NCBI GenBank assembly: GCA_045593245.1
Contig: JAZNWJ010000043.1
Span: 36,254 to 100,253, forward strand
Origin: Acutalibacteraceae bacterium
GTDB taxonomy: Bacteria; Bacillota; Clostridia; Oscillospirales; Acutalibacteraceae
Direction of reading: 5' to 3'
DNA length: 64,000 nucleotides
Numbering within the stretch: position 1 is the stretch's first letter; each line of letters starts with the position of its first letter. Positions 1-10,300 of the stretch are shown piece after piece. The notes beneath the pieces were generated by a model. The model saw only the letters and a list, made by a program, of their open reading frames with translations, was not told where the DNA came from and searched no databases. The position numbers and the translations under genes are program-made.

Positions 1-2
1 AA

Positions 3-185
3 AAGTACGGTATTGTTGACAAGCAGATTGTTAGCGTTAAAATCCCAACCGAAGGCAGAGCGCTTGTATTTGGTGACGTTGTAGCACGTGTTAGCGATAG
101 CTATGCTCTTGCTATGCACATTGACACCGACGAAGCAAATGCTGCTTGTGTTCCCGGTAGCTGCATTGGTGAAATCCTTGACTAA
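3..185 (+). CDS. pduL: Phosphate propanoyltransferase PduL, C-terminal fragment (5' end lies outside the window)
   Basis: The frame starting at nt 3 reads KYGIVDKQIVSVKIPTEGRALVFGDVVARVSDSYALAMHIDTDEANAACV...ILD* with TAA at 183-185. The MHIDTDEANAA block is the conserved PduL C-terminal repeat motif. This ORF is not in the supplied track because it is truncated. Confidence 0.6.
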   Translation, partial: KYGIVDKQIVSVKIPTEGRALVFGDVVARVSDSYALAMHIDTDEANAACVPGSCIGEILD

Positions 186-1266
186 TCCGTTAGGACTTTA
201 TATTCACATACCTTTTTGTGAGCGTAAATGTAATTATTGTGACTTTTATTCCGCATTTTATAATAAAGACACACTAAGTGTTTATTTATCTGCGCTTAAA
301 GGTGAAATAAAAAAATGGGGCGGCACTATACACCGCCCCATTGATACTATTTATATAGGCGGCGGCACACCATCGCTTTTAGGGGAAGAAATCGTGCCTT
401 TGCTCCACTGTATAAAAGAAAACTTCACAGTTTTACCCGATGCCGAAATTACCGTAGAGGCAAACCCGTCATCAAGTGGTGAGTTTTTATCCCTTGCAAA
501 GGCGGCAGGGGTAAACCGATTGTCAATCGGTGTGCAGTCAGGGTGCGATGAAACACTCAAAACATTAGGTCGTACTCATACGGCAGATGATGCTCGCAAC
601 ACAGTTGCAAACGCCCGTGAACTCGGATTTGACAATATTTCACTTGACCTTATGATAGCACTGCCCGACAGTAATATTGATACCTTGCAAAAAGATATTG
701 ATTTTATTTTATCATTAGATTCTGAGCATATATCGTCTTATATTTTGAAGGTGGAACCGAACACCGTATTTGCAAAAAAATACGATAGTTTGAATTTGCC
801 CGATGATGACGACACAGCCGAGCAGTATCTTTATATGTGTGAGACTTTCGAGAAAAGTGGGTATAATCATTATGAAATATCAAACTTTGCCAAGGGTGAT
901 AAGCAGAGTCGCCACAATCTGAAATATTGGGTGGGGCAGGATTATTTAGGAATTGGCCCTGCGGCACATTCCTGCCTTGACGGTAAGCGGTTTTATTATC
1001 CACGAGATTTGCAAGGATTTATAAAGAATCCGCAAACCATACCTGACGGCGAGTCAGGCGACGTCCAAGAAAAACTGATGTTGGGATTGCGACTTACACA
1101 GGGTGTTGATTTATCACAAATTTATGGTGAAATACCCCAAGATATAAAAAAGAAAATTGACCTGCTCGAAAAAGCAGGATATATAAAGGCAAATCTGCCA
1201 CACATATCGCTGACCGATAGTGGTATGTTAATTTCAAATAGTATAATAACAGAATTGTTATGGTGA
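169..1266 (+). CDS. hemW: Radical SAM heme chaperone HemW / oxygen-independent coproporphyrinogen-III oxidase-like protein
   Basis: It has the CxxxCxxC radical-SAM motif (PFCERKCNYCDF) right after LGLYIHIPF, plus GGGTPS and a HemN_C-like tail. The start is ambiguous: ATG 139, GTG 169 or TTG 178. The track start at 88 would overlap pduL by about 100 nt. Confidence 0.85.
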   Translation: MKSLTNPLGLYIHIPFCERKCNYCDFYSAFYNKDTLSVYLSALKGEIKKWGGTIHRPIDTIYIGGGTPSLLGEEIVPLLHCIKENFTVLPDAEITVEANPSSSGEFLSLAKAAGVNRLSIGVQSGCDETLKTLGRTHTADDARNTVANARELGFDNISLDLMIALPDSNIDTLQKDIDFILSLDSEHISSYILKVEPNTVFAKKYDSLNLPDDDDTAEQYLYMCETFEKSGYNHYEISNFAKGDKQSRHNLKYWVGQDYLGIGPAAHSCLDGKRFYYPRDLQGFIKNPQTIPDGESGDVQEKLMLGLRLTQGVDLSQIYGEIPQDIKKKIDLLEKAGYIKANLPHISLTDSGMLISNSIITELLW

Positions 1267-1272
1267 TTATTT

Positions 1273-1878
1273 ATGAAAACTTTTAAAATTCATCTTATAC
1301 GTCACGGCGCTACCGATGCCAATACGGCAGGTATGTATATCGGTAATCGTACCGATTTGCCGCTTTCTCCCGAAGGTGTGCGTGAGCTACAACAGATGCG
1401 CGAAGCAGTAGAATACCCCGATATAGAGCGACTGTATACAAGTCCTATGCTTCGTTGTAAGCAAAGCGCAAATATTATCTATCCTGGTTTTGAAGCGCAC
1501 GTTATTGACGAGCTTACCGAGTATGACTTTGGTGAGTTTGAGGGCAAAACTGCCGAGCAGTTAGAGCTTGACCCAAACTATGCCGAGTGGACTGCCGGTA
1601 GATTGGAAGCACCTGTAGGTGGCGAGACCACACAAAACTTTGTGCGTCGTCAGGCATTGGCGCTTAATATGATAGTGCGTGATATGATGCAAAACGATAT
1701 TACAAATGCAGGTGTTATAATGCACGGTGGCGCTATTATGATGTTACTGGCTGCCTGTGCAGTTCCACGTAAGCATTCGGTTGAGTGGACAAGCGATAAT
1801 GGACGCGGTTATTCAATTATGGTAACACCTTCGCTTTATCATTCAAGCGGTATTGTTGAAGTCTATGATATAATTTAG
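1273..1878 (+). CDS. Histidine phosphatase family protein (phosphoglycerate mutase-like)
   Basis: It carries the N-terminal RHG catalytic motif (IHLIRHGATDAN) and a downstream H in MHGGAI. A GGTGA RBS lies 6 nt upstream of the ATG. Confidence 0.8.
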   Translation: MKTFKIHLIRHGATDANTAGMYIGNRTDLPLSPEGVRELQQMREAVEYPDIERLYTSPMLRCKQSANIIYPGFEAHVIDELTEYDFGEFEGKTAEQLELDPNYAEWTAGRLEAPVGGETTQNFVRRQALALNMIVRDMMQNDITNAGVIMHGGAIMMLLAACAVPRKHSVEWTSDNGRGYSIMVTPSLYHSSGIVEVYDII

Positions 1879-1884
1879 CATATC

Positions 1885-1934
1885 CCTCCGTCAAAACCAA
1901 AGGTTTTGACACCTCCCTTTAGGCAAGGGAGGCT
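1885..1934. repeat. Two adjacent intergenic hairpins; the second contains a 21-nt sequence repeated in inverted orientation at 35192-35212
   Basis: The hairpins are gtcaaaacc-aaa-ggttttgac and cctccctt-taggc-aagggagg. The 21-mer tccctttaggcaagggaggct (1914-1934) is the exact reverse complement of 35192-35212. Confidence 0.6.
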
Positions 1935-1966
1935 TTGGCTGGTGCACTTTTTAAGGAGTGAGTTTT

Positions 1967-2635
1967 ATGGTAAACATAGGTAACGATTGGGACGTTATTC
2001 TTGCTGACGAGTGGGAAAAACCTTATTATAAAAATCTGCGAGGGTTTTTAAAAAGCGAATATAGCAGCCGCACCATATACCCTGATATGCACGATATATT
2101 CAATGCCCTTAAATATACCTCTTTTGAAAATACCAAGGTTGTAATTATAGGGCAGGACCCATATCACGGACGGGGACAGGCGCACGGACTTTGTTTTTCG
2201 GTGAAAAAGGGTATAGAGCCCCCACCATCACTAAAAAATATTTACAAAGAAATGCACGACGATATAGGCTTTACTATACCAACTCATGGTGAACTTACGT
2301 CTTGGGCGCGTCAGGGTGTACTTATGCTAAACGCGGTGCTTACCGTACGCGAGGCGACACCTAACAGCCATAAAGGCATGGGTTGGGAAAACTTTACCGA
2401 TAGAGTTATTGCCGAGCTTGACAAAAAGCAAACTCCCGTAGTCTTTTTGCTGTGGGGCGCCAACGCTCGTAAAAAAGCCGAGATTATAACTAACCCCATA
2501 CATAAAAAACTTATTACCGTGCATCCAAGTCCATTATCCGCTTATAACGGATTTTTTGGATGTAAGCATTTTTCAAAAACTAACGAAATATTATTATCCA
2601 GCGGTCAGACTCCAATAGATTGGACTATAGAATAG
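1967..2635 (+). CDS. ung: Uracil-DNA glycosylase, family 1
   Basis: It has the GQDPYHGRGQAHGLCFSV water-activating loop and the HPSPLSA motif. An AGGAG RBS at 1954-1958 sits 8 nt before ATG 1967, so the track GTG at 1958 is unlikely. Confidence 0.93.
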   Translation: MVNIGNDWDVILADEWEKPYYKNLRGFLKSEYSSRTIYPDMHDIFNALKYTSFENTKVVIIGQDPYHGRGQAHGLCFSVKKGIEPPPSLKNIYKEMHDDIGFTIPTHGELTSWARQGVLMLNAVLTVREATPNSHKGMGWENFTDRVIAELDKKQTPVVFLLWGANARKKAEIITNPIHKKLITVHPSPLSAYNGFFGCKHFSKTNEILLSSGQTPIDWTIE

Positions 2636-2648
2636 GAGATTTTATATT

Positions 2649-2918
2649 ATGAAATCAACAGGTATTATTCGTGGACTTGACAATATGGGTAGGGTAGTTA
2701 TTCCTAAAGAGATAAGAAAATATCTTGATATGACTGAGGGTGTTGACGAATTTGAAATTTATATGCAAGATGATTGTATTGTGCTTAAAAAGCATAAGCC
2801 AACCTGCATTTTTTGTAACGCCGAAAACGATTGCATAGAGTTTGAAAATCAGATGGTATGTAAATCTTGTATTGAAAAATTGCAACTCAAAACCATTGAG
2901 AACAAAACAAGTGAATAA
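2649..2918 (+). CDS. abrB: AbrB-family transition-state regulator (SpoVT/AbrB swapped-hairpin domain) with a Cys-rich C-terminus
   Basis: The N-terminus MKSTGIIRGLDNMGRVVIPKEIRKYL closely matches the AbrB N-terminus MKSTGIVRKVDELGRVVIP. The C-terminus has CIFC...CKSC. Confidence 0.85.
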   Translation: MKSTGIIRGLDNMGRVVIPKEIRKYLDMTEGVDEFEIYMQDDCIVLKKHKPTCIFCNAENDCIEFENQMVCKSCIEKLQLKTIENKTSE

Positions 2919-2924
2919 AACAGA

Positions 2925-2960
2925 ACCCTCCGTAACTCGAGTTACGGAGGGTCTTTATTT
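2925..2960. terminator. Bidirectional rho-independent terminator between convergent genes
   Basis: A 12-bp perfect stem accctccgtaac / gttacggagggt with loop tcga is followed by ctttattt. Confidence 0.7.
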
Positions 2961-2964
2961 AATA

Positions 2965-3375
2965 TCAGCAAACTATTGGTTCCCATGCAAAAGGCAGTAA
3001 ATCACGCGCCTTAACCTTTATAAGCTTACCGTTTTCGTCATTTACAATCACTTTTATATCGGGGCAATATTCATAAAGCATTTGACGGCAATTACCACAA
3101 GGTGGAATAACACAATTAAGATGTTTTTCGTGTACTGCGACAATGGTATCAAAATTACGTTCGCCTGCCGAAATGGCAATACCCATTGTTATATATTCGG
3201 CACAAGAGCCATGTATGCCGTCGCAGTTTACACCCTGATAAATATTGGCGCTCTTGCATAAAACCGCACAACCTACGGTGTGGTTATATACGCCGTCATC
3301 AAAATTTTCTTCTAAAACTTTTAACGCTATTTGTATTAACTCGTTGTCTTTTTCATTAATCGGATATCTTTTCAT
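2965..3375 (-). CDS. Cytidine / blasticidin-S deaminase family protein (small homotetrameric CDA type)
   Basis: It has the Zn-binding and catalytic motifs HGSCAE and PCGNCRQ. At 136 aa it is typical of tetrameric cytidine deaminases. Confidence 0.75.
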   Translation of the reverse strand: MKRYPINEKDNELIQIALKVLEENFDDGVYNHTVGCAVLCKSANIYQGVNCDGIHGSCAEYITMGIAISAGERNFDTIVAVHEKHLNCVIPPCGNCRQMLYEYCPDIKVIVNDENGKLIKVKARDLLPFAWEPIVC

Positions 3376-3923
3376 TTTAACTCCTCGCGGTAATGTGCGC
3401 GTTCGCCGCCTATAAATTTAGGACGGGTTCTTGCCGCTACTATCGGTGCTTCACCAATTTTATTAATAGATAGTCTTACGGGCACTGCAACCTCTTTTAA
3501 GTGCATACCAATAAGTGTGTTACCTATGTCAAGTCCGGCATGTGCCTTGATGTGCTCAACTGCTACAGGGTGATTCATATTTTGCCAAACAGTTGTGGCA
3601 AATGAGCCGCCTGCTTTTACCACAGGCATAACGTTTACAATCTCAAGCCCAAATTTTTCAGCCGCCGCTTGTTCGATTATAATTGCGCGGTTCAAGTGTT
3701 CGCAACACTGCGCCGCAAGGAAGATGCCTTTTTCTTTGAGTATTGGGTATATTCCGTCAAAAACAGCTTTTGCAGCATCAATACTGGAGTTTTTACCAAT
3801 AACTCCACCTGTAACTTCACTTGATGAGCAACCAATTACAAGCAGTTCACCCGATTTAATACCTGATACTTCTATAAGTTCGGTTATAGCTTTTTGTGAT
3901 TGTGCTTTTATATTGTCTAACAT
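3372..3923 (-). CDS. TIGR01440 / UPF0340 (YwlG-like, DUF436) family protein
   Basis: LLVIGCSSSEVTGGVIGKNSS is the family signature. The start was moved to the Met of MLDNIK, with a GAGG RBS 8 nt upstream. Confidence 0.8.
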   Translation of the reverse strand: MLDNIKAQSQKAITELIEVSGIKSGELLVIGCSSSEVTGGVIGKNSSIDAAKAVFDGIYPILKEKGIFLAAQCCEHLNRAIIIEQAAAEKFGLEIVNVMPVVKAGGSFATTVWQNMNHPVAVEHIKAHAGLDIGNTLIGMHLKEVAVPVRLSINKIGEAPIVAARTRPKFIGGERAHYREELK

Positions 3924-4023
3924 TGTTTTCGCCTCTTTGATTTTGTTACTTGTATTATAACTCAAAAGATTTCTATATTCAATATTTTAATGTACTTAAT
4001 TTAACACATTAAAACATTTATAA

Positions 4024-4052
4024 TTGTTTTATAAAGACAGTTGTGGTAAAAT
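4024..4052 (+). promoter_or_regulatory. Candidate sigma-A promoter for addBA
   Basis: TTGTTT, a 17-nt spacer, then TAAAAT with an extended -10 TG (tgGTAAAAT). Confidence 0.4.
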
Positions 4053-4073
4053 ATATTAAAAGGCGGTGGGCGA

Positions 4074-7000
4074 ATGCTACAGTTTATTTTAGGTCGCGCT
4101 TCAAGCGGTAAAACCTATACGGTAACACAAAAAATTGCAGAGTGTATCACACAGGGTGAAAACCCTGTTCTTTTGGTACCCGAACAGTTTTCGTTTGAAA
4201 GTGAAAAGAATATTCTTGATATCGTAGGTGACGAGGCTGCAGGTCGAGTAGCGGTTATCAGCTTTACACGACTTTGTGATGAGATAGAGCGTGTTGTAGG
4301 TGGCGTTTGTGGTGAGAGTATTACTGATGCCGATAGAATTATTTTAATGAACCGTGCAATAAAGCTTTGCAGGGAAGATTTATTGCGCTTTAAAAAATAT
4401 GCGGCTTCCAGTAGTTTTGCCCGCCTTATGATAGATACTATTGGTGAATTCAAGCAAAACTTTATAACCGTTGAAGATTTACGCGAGGCTGCTGATAACG
4501 TTGATGATGAACAGTTGAGGTTAAAGCTTTTAGATACGGCGCTTATCTATGAAAATTATGATGCCGTAATTTCTGAAAAATTTATAGATAATACTGATAG
4601 ACTCACCAAGCTCTATTACGTATTGGAAAAGCACCAATACTTTAAAGATAAAACTGTTTTTATAGATTCTTTTAAAAGCTTTTCAGGTCAACAGTATAAA
4701 ATAATTGAACGAATAATGTCACAGGCAAGGTCGGTTACGGTGACCCTTACCGACAATGTTTGCGATACACGCGAATTAGGTCTTTTTGCAAACGTGAAGC
4801 GTGTTAAAGATCGTATTGCTGCTATAGCGCATAAATATGCTGTAAAGATAGCCGAAGATATTGTTTTAAAAGATAAGCATTATAAGAGTGATGAATTAGC
4901 CTGCCTTGAAGATTTTATGGCAACAGGTAAAACAGATTTTAGCGGAGAAAGTAATGATATTGCCGTTTGCCGCGCCGACAGTGTTTACAGTGAAGCGGAT
5001 TTTGTTGCGCGCAGTATACGACGTATTGTACGTGAAAATGGTGCGCGTTACAGTGATTTTGTAATAATTGCCCGTGACACTGCGCCTTATGAAGATGCGC
5101 TTGATACTGCTTGTAAAAAGAACAATGTAAGTTGCTTTATAGATAAGCGTATACCTCTTATAAACCTACCCACCGCGGCGGCTGTTTTATCGGCAGCAGA
5201 CGTAGCAAGGAATTTTTGTACTGAAAATATATTGCGCTTTCATAAATCGGGCATAGATATTTTAAATATTGACGAAATTACCACACTTGAAAATTATGCT
5301 TTTCTTTGGGGTATAAACGGAAAAATATGGCAAAACGAGTGGACTATGGACCCTGATGGTTTTTCGGCAGATGGAGAGTTATCCCAAAGTAAAAAGGAGC
5401 GCTTATCGGATATAAATAAACTGCGTCAAAAAGCAATTGAGCCGCTTATTGTCTTTAAAAATGATTTCAACGGTAACGCTCAGGACATGTCGCGGGCATT
5501 GGTGGATTTACTTATAAGCACACACGCCAATGAGCATTTCAAAACGCTTTCAAAACAGTATACAGAGACGGTATACAGCGATGCGATAAAACAGTCGTGG
5601 GACGGCGTTATGAAAGTTTTAAATAGCCTGAGTGTTTGTTTTGGCAAAGCAACAATAACAAAGGCTGAATTTTGCGATGCACTTAAAACAGCACTTTCAC
5701 TTGAAACGGTGGGAGTAATACCGCAAATGATAGATGAAGCAATATTTGGCGCGGCTGAACGCATACGACCTTCGCGCCCTAAATATGCATTTATAATGGG
5801 AGCAAACCAGGGAGTTTTTCCGCGTTCACAGCAAAACAGCGGACTTTTTGTGGGCGGAGAGCGTGAAAAACTGATAACATTGGGTCTTGATATACCTGAT
5901 AACACCTTTTCACAGGCAATAGATGAAGAATGCCTGCTTTACAGCAACGTTTGCTGTGCAACATGTGGCGTTTTTATAAGCTATGCTACGTCTATCGGTG
6001 GCGCACAGTCGGAGCCATCATCATTTGTTATTGATATTAAAAACAGGTTTAATTGTAGCTTTTTTGAAGAACCGTCTACTTTAAAGGATGATTATCTGCC
6101 CGAAACCCGTGAAGATGCTTTTTCATGGCTTTGCGAAAGCCTGTCGGAAAATACCGAAGACACGAAAACACTTATAAAATCGCTTGAAGACAGCGATATG
6201 GATTATCGTATAAATGCGGTTTTGCAAGGTATTAACCGAATAAAGCATACCATAAGTGATGACACTGCACGTGAACTTTTTGGCGAAAGACTCAGTATGT
6301 CACCATCAAAGTTTGATACCTTTAACCGTTGCAGGTTTATGTATTTTTGCCGTTACGGATTACGTGCGCAGAGTCTTCAGCCTGCTGAATTCAATGCCAT
6401 GCAGCGTGGTACGGTGGTACACTACGTGCTTCAGCGTGTGGTAGAAGAGCACGGCAAAGGCTTGTCACAGTTTGACCACAATGGGATTTGTGATCTGGTA
6501 AACCAATACATACAAGAGTACCTTGATAATGTAGCAGGATATAATGATATTGAAACCCCATATCTTAAATATCTGATATCCACTATTAAGCGTACACTTA
6601 TATATGTGGTGGAACGCTTGGCACTTGAATTTGAGCAAAGCGATTTTGAACCGATTAAGTGCGAGCTTAAAATAGGCTACGACGGTGATCTTCCAGAAAT
6701 TAAGATACCGATTGAGGACAAGGGTGCGCTGGAATTGACAGGTGTGGTTGACCGACTTGATAAGTGGAACGGATATATCAGGATAATAGATTATAAAACA
6801 GGTCACCGTGATTTTCGTTTGCCTGATATTCTTTTTGGTCAGAATATGCAGATGCTTATCTATCTTTATGCAGTAGCACACAGTGAGCAATTCGGGGGAA
6901 GGACAGCAGGTATATTATATATGCCTGCAAGCCGCGATAAAACCGATACAAAATCGGCTCGTCGTATGAACGGACTTGTTGCGGCAGATGCGGAGTTGGT

Positions 7001-7322
7001 GGCTGCTATGGATAAAGAAAACAAGGGTGAGTTTGTACCAAAGTTTTCCGAAAAATCACCATCCGACAGTTTTATAAAAGAAGAAGATTTTGCAAAAATA
7101 TTTGAGTATATTGAAAACAGTCTCAAACGCACGGGTGCCGCTATTTACGGTGGTGATATTGCGGCTGACCCTGTTGACGGTCTTGACAGTGGCGCGTGTA
7201 AATACTGTGAATATAAAAGCATTTGCCGTATTGGTGATGAGCCGCACAAACAGGTTCCCAAACTTACAAATGAAGAGGTTATAAAAGAAATCGAAAGGCA
7301 GGTGGCTGACAGTGGCATTTGA
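4074..7322 (+). CDS. addB: ATP-dependent helicase/deoxyribonuclease subunit B (AddB/RexB)
   Basis: It has the Walker A motif GRASSGKT, a C-terminal RecB-type nuclease (IIDYKTG) and Fe-S cluster cysteines (CRFMYFCRYG ... CKYCEYKSIC). It overlaps addA by 11 nt. Confidence 0.93.
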   Translation: MLQFILGRASSGKTYTVTQKIAECITQGENPVLLVPEQFSFESEKNILDIVGDEAAGRVAVISFTRLCDEIERVVGGVCGESITDADRIILMNRAIKLCREDLLRFKKYAASSSFARLMIDTIGEFKQNFITVEDLREAADNVDDEQLRLKLLDTALIYENYDAVISEKFIDNTDRLTKLYYVLEKHQYFKDKTVFIDSFKSFSGQQYKIIERIMSQARSVTVTLTDNVCDTRELGLFANVKRVKDRIAAIAHKYAVKIAEDIVLKDKHYKSDELACLEDFMATGKTDFSGESNDIAVCRADSVYSEADFVARSIRRIVRENGARYSDFVIIARDTAPYEDALDTACKKNNVSCFIDKRIPLINLPTAAAVLSAADVARNFCTENILRFHKSGIDILNIDEITTLENYAFLWGINGKIWQNEWTMDPDGFSADGELSQSKKERLSDINKLRQKAIEPLIVFKNDFNGNAQDMSRALVDLLISTHANEHFKTLSKQYTETVYSDAIKQSWDGVMKVLNSLSVCFGKATITKAEFCDALKTALSLETVGVIPQMIDEAIFGAAERIRPSRPKYAFIMGANQGVFPRSQQNSGLFVGGEREKLITLGLDIPDNTFSQAIDEECLLYSNVCCATCGVFISYATSIGGAQSEPSSFVIDIKNRFNCSFFEEPSTLKDDYLPETREDAFSWLCESLSENTEDTKTLIKSLEDSDMDYRINAVLQGINRIKHTISDDTARELFGERLSMSPSKFDTFNRCRFMYFCRYGLRAQSLQPAEFNAMQRGTVVHYVLQRVVEEHGKGLSQFDHNGICDLVNQYIQEYLDNVAGYNDIETPYLKYLISTIKRTLIYVVERLALEFEQSDFEPIKCELKIGYDGDLPEIKIPIEDKGALELTGVVDRLDKWNGYIRIIDYKTGHRDFRLPDILFGQNMQMLIYLYAVAHSEQFGGRTAGILYMPASRDKTDTKSARRMNGLVAADAELVAAMDKENKGEFVPKFSEKSPSDSFIKEEDFAKIFEYIENSLKRTGAAIYGGDIAADPVDGLDSGACKYCEYKSICRIGDEPHKQVPKLTNEEVIKEIERQVADSGI

Positions 7323-10300
7323 GCCTACTCCTATGCAAAAAAAGGCGATAGAAACACGAGGGAATATACTTGTGTCTGCGGCGGCTGGCTCGGGTAAAAC
7401 CGCCGTTCTGGTTGAGCGCGTTATAAATATGCTCACCGACAAAGAGTCACCCGTCAGTGCAGATAGATTGCTTATTGTAACCTTTACAAACGCGGCTGCT
7501 GCCGAAATGCGTTCCCGTATTGAAAAGCGAATTCACGAGGAAATACAAAATAATCCCGATGATGTAAATCTGCAAAAGCAAAAATATCTGTTGCAAAATG
7601 CCGATATATGCACCATTGACTCTTTTTGCATTAAACTTGTGCGTGAAAATTTTGAAAAATGCGGAATTGAACCCGATTTTAAAATAAGCGACGGCTCGCA
7701 ACAAGGCGACACAGTCAATCGCGTAATGTCGGGATTGATTGGTGAGTATTTAGAAACTCCTACGGCGGATTTTTATCGCTTGCTGGAACTTTCGGGTTGC
7801 GAGTATGATGAAAAAAATCTCACCGAGCTTATAAACCGAATTTATCTATACAGCCAGCAACTGCCATTTCCTGAGAATTTTATAAACGGATTATCTTTTC
7901 CCTATGAAAGCAATTTTGATTTGGGTAATGTATGGTATGATATGGCGCTTGATACGGCGCAAAAGCGTGCTTATACTGCAATTAAATGCGCTCAAAAAAT
8001 GGCGGATGTTGCACCTTATACCAATAAAAACACCGAAAAACATATTGCATACGCTCAGAATATAACCGATATGCTTGAATCTCTGAAGGATGTTGCTCTT
8101 TCGAAAGACTGGGATAAATTGTACCAGACTCTGGGTGAAATATCCTTTGACCGTGTTCCTTCAAGCGATAAAGAGGATGAGGCGGCCAATACATTTAAAG
8201 ATAATCAAAAACAAATCAAGGCAATAATTGGTGAGATTGGTGGATTGTTTTTTGCTTCACGTGAAGAAGCGGCGCTGAGTATAAAAGAAAATATCGGAGC
8301 CATAAAACTTTTGCAAGAACTGATTACCAAATACGGCGAGCGCTTATTCGATGCTTTTAAAGAGGAGAATGCCTTTACTTTTTATAATATGGAGCAGTTG
8401 GCATTAAGACTTCTTTGTGAATATAAGGGCGGTCAGATTGTAATACGCGATGATGCGACTACTCTTTGTAACCGATACGACGAGGTTTTGGTTGACGAGT
8501 TTCAGGATGTCAACGACCTGCAAAACACACTCTTTTACGTGCTTTCAAACTGTGAAGAAAAGTTGTTTGTCGTGGGTGACGTAAAGCAAAGTATATATGG
8601 TTTCAGAGGCTCTAATCCCGATAATTTTTTAAATAAAAAGAATACATACATACCAATTGAAAATGCTACTGAAAAAGAAGCGAAAAAGATAATTTTGTCA
8701 GACAATTTCCGCTCGCGTCGCGGTGTTTGTGATGCGGTAAACTTTTTCTTTAAGTGTCTTTTATCGGGTCAATGCGGGGATATTATCTACACGCAGGAAG
8801 AACAGCTTAACGCGGGCGGTACTTTCCCAAAAAGTGACGCCGCCGCTGCCGAACTGTTGGTTGTGGATAAGTTTGATGACACAGACGACACATCATTACT
8901 TGAAACCGAGGCTCAAAGAATTGCTGAATATATAATATCGGTAATGAATGAGGGCGCGGTTATAAGCGACGGAAATACTCTAAGAACAGCGCGTTACAGC
9001 GATTTTGCAATATTGCTTGACAAGGTTAAGGACAAGGCTACGGTTATTGCTGAAGTGTTATCAGGTTATGGGATACCTGTATCACTTGGCGGCGATTCCT
9101 TTATGGAAAGCATTGAAATTGCAACGGTAATGTCATTTTTGCAGGTTATTGATAATCCAAAATGCGACGTAGAATTGCTTGGTGTAATGATGTCGCCAAT
9201 ATTTGCATTCAGCGCAGATGAAATGGCAAAAATAAGGACAAAACATAAATACGGTCCGCTTTATTCGGCTGTTGTTGCTTACAGTAAAACAGGGGATAAA
9301 AAGACTACTGATTTTATTGAAAAATTAACCGATTTTCGTCGTGATGCGGTAGTTATGTCGGTGGACAGACTTATCTCAAAACTTATACACTCGACCGATA
9401 TTTTAAATATTATGTCGGCGCGTGACGGCTCGGTGCGTCGCGCAAACCTTTTTGCGCTTATTAATTATGCAAAGGGATTTGTATCGCGTTCGGATTCTGG
9501 CATATACGGATTTATAAAATATATGAAATCATTGCCCGAAAATAGTTTTAAGGCTGTCAGCGTAGGCGGAGAAAATTCTGTAAGAATTATGTCGATGCAT
9601 AATTCTAAAGGATTACAATTTCCGGTTTGCATACTGGCAAATTTATCTTCGCAGATAAATAATGCTGACTCTATAAGCCGTGTATTGTTTTCCGAAAAGG
9701 GCGGTATTGCGTTTAAGTATTACGATGAAAAAATGGGTTATGATATCGAAATGCTTGGTCACGCGCTTATGGCTGATGCTGCGCAGATAAAAACGATTGA
9801 AGAAAAATTACGTCTTTTGTACGTTGCTATGACCCGTGCTGTAGACAGACTTTGTCTTGTGTGTTCAGCTAAAAATTTAGAAGATAAGCTGCAAAAACTG
9901 TCGGACTCTCTGCTTGATGATGCGCCGTATATAAGCCGTGAATTTTTGGAAAAAGGGCGTAATATGGGCGACTGGATATTAAGTTGCGCGTTGGTACACC
10001 CGAGCAGTGAGGTATTGCGTCGATATGCAGATATACGTGCGCCTCGTACAACAAGCGATGCTGATTTAAAGATAACTATCTTAAACGGTAATACTGATAG
10101 TGAAAAAACGGTCGCAGAGGAAGTGGCTGGGGAATATGCTTGCAATATTGAACTTGCCGAAAAGATAAAGGTTAACACCGAATACGTTTACCCGTATGAA
10201 AAACTGCGATTTTTGCAATCAAAAGCATCGGTATCAAGGCTTGTTCACTCTGCCGAGGATGATCGTTTTGCTTTTTGTGAAAGACCTGCATTTATGATGG

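Noticed and set aside
88-168. The track gives a long N-terminal extension of hemW starting at 88.
   Set aside because: The extension overlaps the 3' end of pduL, which is in another frame and has strong family similarity. It adds a hydrophobic segment not found in HemW proteins. A downstream GTG, TTG or ATG start is more plausible.
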